Of a DNA stretch of 64,000 nt, positions 59,757-64,000 are shown in pieces. Position 1 is the stretch's first letter, and the number at the start of each line of letters is the position of its first letter. A program made the position numbers and the translations under genes. The notes below the pieces were generated by a model that ran no database searches, had not been told where the DNA came from, and worked only from the letters and a program-made list of their open reading frames with translations. This DNA comes from an uncultured Solirubrobacterales bacterium (GTDB lineage Bacteria > Actinomycetota > Thermoleophilia > Solirubrobacterales > Solirubrobacteraceae), in assembly GCA_963838535.1 (NCBI GenBank), contig CAWIRN010000021.1:379901-443900 (forward strand). The letters are read 5' to 3'.

Positions 59757-60728
59757 CTATGCCCCGGTGGCGGCCCGCTCCAGCGCCTCGGCCAGGTCAG
59801 GGGGCAGTGGCGAGCGCACATCCACCGCTTCGCGGGTCACGGGATGCGCGAACGCCAGCCGCTGCGCGTGCAGGAACTGTCGCTCGAGGCCGTAGAGCCC
59901 GGGTGTGCCGTACTGGGCGTCGCCGCAGATCGGGTGACCGATCGCCGCCATGTGCACCCGGATCTGATGCGTTCGCCCGGTGTCCAGCACCACCCGCAAC
60001 AGCGTCGTGTCGGGCAGCATGCGCTCGACCTCGAACTGGGTACGTGCCTCGCGCGGATCGTCGGTGTCGATCGACATCAGCAGGCGGTCGCGGCGGTCCC
60101 GTCCGATCGGTGCGTCGATCGTCCCCGTGCGCGCCGAGGGATGGCCGCTGACGAGCGCGAGGTACTCGCGACGCAGTTGACGTTCGGACAGCAGCGTCTT
60201 CAGCGCGCGGTGGACCGAGTCGTTCTTGGCCACCACGAGCAGACCGGAGGTATCGCGGTCGAGGCGATGGACGATCCCCGCCCGCCACGGATCCTCACCG
60301 CCGGCCCCCCGGCCGGCGAGGGCCTGGGCGAGCGTGCCTGTCCGGTGCCCCCGGGAGGGATGCACGACGACCCCCGCCGGTTTGTCGACCACGAGCAGGT
60401 AGTCGTCCTCGTAGGCGACGGTCACCGGCCCGTAGGACTCGGGCGCCTCGGGCACCTGCTCGCGGTCATCGATCTGGATCAGCTCGCCCGGATGGACGCC
60501 GTAGCGCTTGGGTCGGGGGCGTCCGTCGACGAGCACGTGCTCGGAGTCGATCAACATCTGGGCGCGGGCCCGCGAGCCGAGCGGAGCGGCCAGGAACCGG
60601 TCGAGGCGCATGCCGGCGGCGTCGTCGGGAACCGTGAGCTCAGTTCGCTCGCTCGCGGCCTCCGGCCGACCACGGCCTCCAGCCTCGCGCGTGCTCGCAG
60701 CGCGCGAGTCATCTGGCTCGCGGCTCAT
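59757..60728 (-). CDS. rluD: RluA-family pseudouridine synthase (RluD-like)
   Basis: RLDRFL S4 domain, VDKPAG.VVHP, GIVHRLDRDTSG, TGRTHQIRVH. Confidence 0.93.
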   Translation of the reverse strand: MSREPDDSRAASTREAGGRGRPEAASERTELTVPDDAAGMRLDRFLAAPLGSRARAQMLIDSEHVLVDGRPRPKRYGVHPGELIQIDDREQVPEAPESYGPVTVAYEDDYLLVVDKPAGVVVHPSRGHRTGTLAQALAGRGAGGEDPWRAGIVHRLDRDTSGLLVVAKNDSVHRALKTLLSERQLRREYLALVSGHPSARTGTIDAPIGRDRRDRLLMSIDTDDPREARTQFEVERMLPDTTLLRVVLDTGRTHQIRVHMAAIGHPICGDAQYGTPGLYGLERQFLHAQRLAFAHPVTREAVDVRSPLPPDLAEALERAATGA

Positions 60729-61210
60729 CCCTTACGTCTGCCCTCGAGCACGTACAGAAGGACGAGCACGCCGAAGGTAATCGACATGTCGGCCACGTTG
60801 AACGCGGGCCAGAGCGGCAGCTTGATGAAATCGGTCACCGAGCCGTTGGCGATCCGGTCGATCAGGTTCCCCAGCGCGCCACCGACCAGCATGCCCGTCG
60901 GCAACCACAACCAGGGACGGGTCGGGCGCATCACGAAGTACCCGATCAGCGCCCCCAACGCGACCAGCGTGAAGACCAGCACGAGTGCGCCGCCGCCGGA
61001 GAAGAACCCGAACGCCACACCGTTGTTGCGGACGTGCACCAGTCGCAGGCCAGGCACAACGTGCCGCACCTGACCGACGCTGATGTCCGCCCTGACCGCG
61101 TGCTTGGCGACCTGGTCGAGAATCAGCACGATCACGACCACCACGGCGGCGCGGGCAAACGCGATCGCGCGAGCCCTGGACGAGACCTCCGGCCCAGCGT
61201 GCACTGACAT
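60725..61210 (-). CDS. lspA: Lipoprotein signal peptidase II
   Basis: DQVAK, NNGVAFG, GGALGNLIDR, VTDFI, FNVAD. Confidence 0.95.
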   Translation of the reverse strand: MSVHAGPEVSSRARAIAFARAAVVVVIVLILDQVAKHAVRADISVGQVRHVVPGLRLVHVRNNGVAFGFFSGGGALVLVFTLVALGALIGYFVMRPTRPWLWLPTGMLVGGALGNLIDRIANGSVTDFIKLPLWPAFNVADMSITFGVLVLLYVLEGRRKG

Positions 61211-61287
61211 CACGGCGTGGCCGCGCTGAGTGGTCGCCACCGTAAGTACGCTCGCATTCGAGCGGCCGTACCTACGGCGCAGACCAC

Positions 61288-61590
61288 TTAGCCTGAGATG
61301 GCATTGACCACGATCGTCCGCACGACGTACAGGACGATGATCGCGATCATCGGGGTGAGGTCGAACATCCCGATCGTCGGGATGAAACGCCGGAAGATCC
61401 GCAGGTATGGCTCGGACACGTCGCGCAGGAAATTGAGGATCGGATCCGACCAGCGCGCGTACGGCAGCCGCAGGCCGAAGGAGAACAGCAGGTTCAGCAG
61501 GATGTAGGCGAAGATCAAGATGATGTAGACCTCGAACAGCGCGCTGACGTAGTTCGCGATGTCAGACCGAGTTACCGCCGCGACGAGCAT
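61288..61590 (-). CDS. yggT: YggT family membrane protein
   Basis: SEPYLRIFRRFIP..GMFDLTP.IA; cluster context. Confidence 0.9.
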   Translation of the reverse strand: MLVAAVTRSDIANYVSALFEVYIILIFAYILLNLLFSFGLRLPYARWSDPILNFLRDVSEPYLRIFRRFIPTIGMFDLTPMIAIIVLYVVRTIVVNAISG

Positions 61591-62345
61591 CAGCGGCCAG
61601 CCCCGCACACCGCGTCGATCGCCGCCTGGAACGCCCCGCGCACGCCGCCGCGCTCGAGCGCATCGAGCCCGCGCGCGGTCGAGCCTCCGGGTGAGGTGAC
61701 CTCGCGCCGGACCGCGAGCGTGTCGTACTCGCGGGCGGCGAGCAGCGCCGCGCTACCGGACATCGTCTCTCCCACCAGACGCCCCGCGAGGTTCGCGCTC
61801 AGCCCGTAACGGACCGCCGCATCGACCTGGGCCTCGGCGACCAGCGCCACGTAGGCAGGCCCGACGCCCATCACCGCGCCCGCCGCCTCGATCAGGCGGT
61901 CATCGATCCGGACCACGGTTCCGAGCCGCTCGAACAGCGTCACCACCTCGGCCTCCAGAGCACTGTCGACGTCCGCGGCCGGGGCGTAGCAGACGACCCC
62001 CTGGCGCACCTCGACCGGCGTGTTGGGCATCAGCCGGAACACCGGCACGCCCGGGTAGGCCTCCTGTAGAGCGGCGACCGAGGTCCCGCCGAGCACCGAA
62101 GCCACGGCCTTGACCCGGCCGCTCAGCTGTGCGGCCACCGACATCAGTTGCGCCGGCTTGTGACACAGCACCACGAGATCGGCCCCGTCGGCCACCGCCA
62201 GGTTCGAATCGACCGCCTGGCCGCCAAGCTCCTGTGCGAGTGCGTGCGCCCGTCCTGACCCGTGGTCCGAGCACAGGACCGGATCACCCCAACCACGCGC
62301 CAGTGCGCGGGCCATGTTGCCAGCTCCGATCAGGCCAACTCGCAT
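61590..62345 (-). CDS. proC: Pyrroline-5-carboxylate reductase
   Basis: IGAGNMA, KP, RLMPNTP, G.GPAY, VTSPGGST. Confidence 0.94.
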   Translation of the reverse strand: MRVGLIGAGNMARALARGWGDPVLCSDHGSGRAHALAQELGGQAVDSNLAVADGADLVVLCHKPAQLMSVAAQLSGRVKAVASVLGGTSVAALQEAYPGVPVFRLMPNTPVEVRQGVVCYAPAADVDSALEAEVVTLFERLGTVVRIDDRLIEAAGAVMGVGPAYVALVAEAQVDAAVRYGLSANLAGRLVGETMSGSAALLAAREYDTLAVRREVTSPGGSTARGLDALERGGVRGAFQAAIDAVCGAGR

Positions 62346-62441
62346 ATGAGTTGAAATCTACCGCCACCAGCTTCGCGGGCGATGAAGAAGCCCACGAGAA
62401 CACGCGATCGCGCTGACTGCGACTACCGCCAGGCATCCCGC

Positions 62442-63005
62442 CTAGCTCTGATTGAAGAACCCCTTCTCAACCAGGCGCGCGCGCTCCTCGGCTGACACCT
62501 CGACGTTGCGCGGCGTGAGCAGGAAGACCTTGTCGGCGATCCGCTGCATCCCTCCGTCGAGGGCGTAGGTGAGGCCGCTCGAGAAGTCGATCAGACGCTT
62601 GGACAGGTCGGTATCCGTCCCCTGCAGATTGATGATCACCGGGATCGCGTCCTTGAACTTGTCCGCCACGTCTTGCACGTCGTTGAAGCTCTTCGGTGCG
62701 ACGAAGTGCACGCGGACGTCACCTCCGCCGCGTCCGTTGCCGGCGCGATCACCGGCAACCGGCCGCAGCGACGTGGTGCGCCGCTCGGGTGCGGCCCCGG
62801 CTCCCGAGTCGTCGGCGAAGATGTCGTCGATCTCGTCACGGCGACGGCGCGCGCTCAGCCGGCGGACGTTCGGGCGCTCGCGATAGGTGTCTTGTAGCTC
62901 GACCTCGGGCTCGCTGTACGGCTCGCCGTCGTCGTCGTCGTAGGCGTCGTCTTCGGCGAGGCCAAAGTAGACCAACGTGCGGTGCCAGGTGTCTCGGAAG
63001 GCCAT
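62442..63005 (-). CDS. sepF: Cell division protein SepF
   Basis: N-terminal amphipathic ..LVYFGL, PKSFND...AD, KRLIDFSSGLTYALDG, VFLLTP.NV. Confidence 0.95.
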   Translation of the reverse strand: MAFRDTWHRTLVYFGLAEDDAYDDDDGEPYSEPEVELQDTYRERPNVRRLSARRRRDEIDDIFADDSGAGAAPERRTTSLRPVAGDRAGNGRGGGDVRVHFVAPKSFNDVQDVADKFKDAIPVIINLQGTDTDLSKRLIDFSSGLTYALDGGMQRIADKVFLLTPRNVEVSAEERARLVEKGFFNQS

Positions 63006-63051
63006 TGCGTGTTCGTGGTTCGACGAGGCGGCAGAATTTCCCTGCACATCA

Positions 63052-63711
63052 TTATGACGCGGCGGCGTACAGACTCGTCCCGACGCGCACGATCGTAGCG
63101 CCCTCCTGGACCGCGACGACGTAGTCCTGGCTGGTCCCCATCGACAGATGCCTGAGGCGATGACGCTCGCCGAGCGCTCGGAGCGCGGCGAAATGCGGCC
63201 GGCTGTCCTCCGGGTTGCCGGCCAGGGGCGGCATCGTCATCAGGCCAACCACCGACACCGGACAGCGTTCCAGGAACGACGGCAGGTCCGCCGGCGAGAC
63301 ACCGCTCTTTCCAGGTTCACCACCGACGTTCACTTCGACCAGGACCTCGGTCTGGTCAGTCCCATGGCGCTCGAGCTGAGCCAGGACGGAATCGCTCGCC
63401 ACCGAGTGGATGTAGCGGACGTGGGGGAGGATCTGCCGCACCTTGCGACTTTGCAGGGCGCCGATGAAGTCCCAGGTGAACTCGCGCGGGTAACGGTCAG
63501 CCTTGGCCACGAGATCTTGGGCGCGGTTCTCCCCGAGCAGCCGTACCCCGGCCTCGGCGAGCACGCCGAGCTCGTCGGCGGGCACGTATTTGACCGCCGC
63601 GAGGATCTGCACCTCGCCCGGGTCACGTCCCGCCGCCGAGATCTCGTCGCGGATCCGCTCGAGGTTCGCGCGTACCACATCGGCACGCAGGCCGTGAATC
63701 AGCTCAACCAC
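63052..63711 (-). CDS. yggS: PLP homeostasis protein
   Basis: AAVKY, GENRAQD, WDFIGALQSRK, GLMTMP, LSMGTSQDY...G.T.VRVG. Confidence 0.94.
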   Translation of the reverse strand: MVELIHGLRADVVRANLERIRDEISAAGRDPGEVQILAAVKYVPADELGVLAEAGVRLLGENRAQDLVAKADRYPREFTWDFIGALQSRKVRQILPHVRYIHSVASDSVLAQLERHGTDQTEVLVEVNVGGEPGKSGVSPADLPSFLERCPVSVVGLMTMPPLAGNPEDSRPHFAALRALGERHRLRHLSMGTSQDYVVAVQEGATIVRVGTSLYAAAS

Positions 63712-64000
63712 GCGACCCCCGCCTGGCGCCCGGTCACGCCCTGATCGCGTCGGTGGGAGTAGAACAGCGACCGCTCTGCGCAGATCGTGCACAGCTCGAT
63801 GTCGTGGACCTCGGCGACGCCGGCCTGCACGAGCTGGTGGCGGGCGATGGCCTTGAGGTCGAGGTGACGACCGCGGTGAACCGCGTCGGGGAGCGCCGAG
63901 AAGGCTTGATGGACCTCCGCCCCCACCTCGTAGCAGCATGCCCCGGCGCCCGGGCCGATCGCGGCGATCAGCGGCGGTCGCCCACCGAGCGCCACCACCT
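63699..64000 (-). CDS. pgeF: YfiH/PgeF polyphenol-oxidase-family protein, 5'-truncated
   Basis: AIGPG...CCYEVG, LDL, CT.C...FYSHRR....GRQ. Confidence 0.9.
   Translation of the reverse strand, partial: VVALGGRPPLIAAIGPGAGACCYEVGAEVHQAFSALPDAVHRGRHLDLKAIARHQLVQAGVAEVHDIELCTICAERSLFYSHRRDQGVTGRQAGVAWLS

Overview
High-GC actinobacterial chromosomal segment. Gene content and protein style suggest Thermoleophilia/Solirubrobacterales (Conexibacter-like); this is inference. It is mostly core genes: dapF-dapL-hflX-dut; a murT/methyltransferase/gatD envelope operon; gnd, dinB, WS/DGAT, nadE, apt; rsiG-FHA-merR; proS, sodA, ispG, glcDEF; rpsB-tsf-pyrH-frr-uppS-cdsA-dxr-rseP; and pgeF-yggS-sepF-proC-yggT-lspA-rluD. 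Secreted glycan enzymes and a vapBC locus are interspersed. About 20 genes in the first 50 kb carry frameshifts, including housekeeping genes, which most likely reflects long-read indel error. I saw no tRNA, rRNA, CRISPR array or transposase. Main observations: (1) a DapF with both catalytic cysteines replaced by serine; (2) an RlpA-type muralytic gene behind both a c-di-AMP riboswitch and a perfect CRP site, as for rpfA; (3) a sigma4-HTH/anti-sigma/TM/RskA-like fusion protein; (4) a single-motif RsiG heading an FHA-MerR operon; (5) an unknown small protein with a perfect LexA box over its start; (6) a ~290-aa repetitive tail on ribosomal protein S2; (7) a dispersed palindromic repeat; (8) pervasive leaderless promoters.
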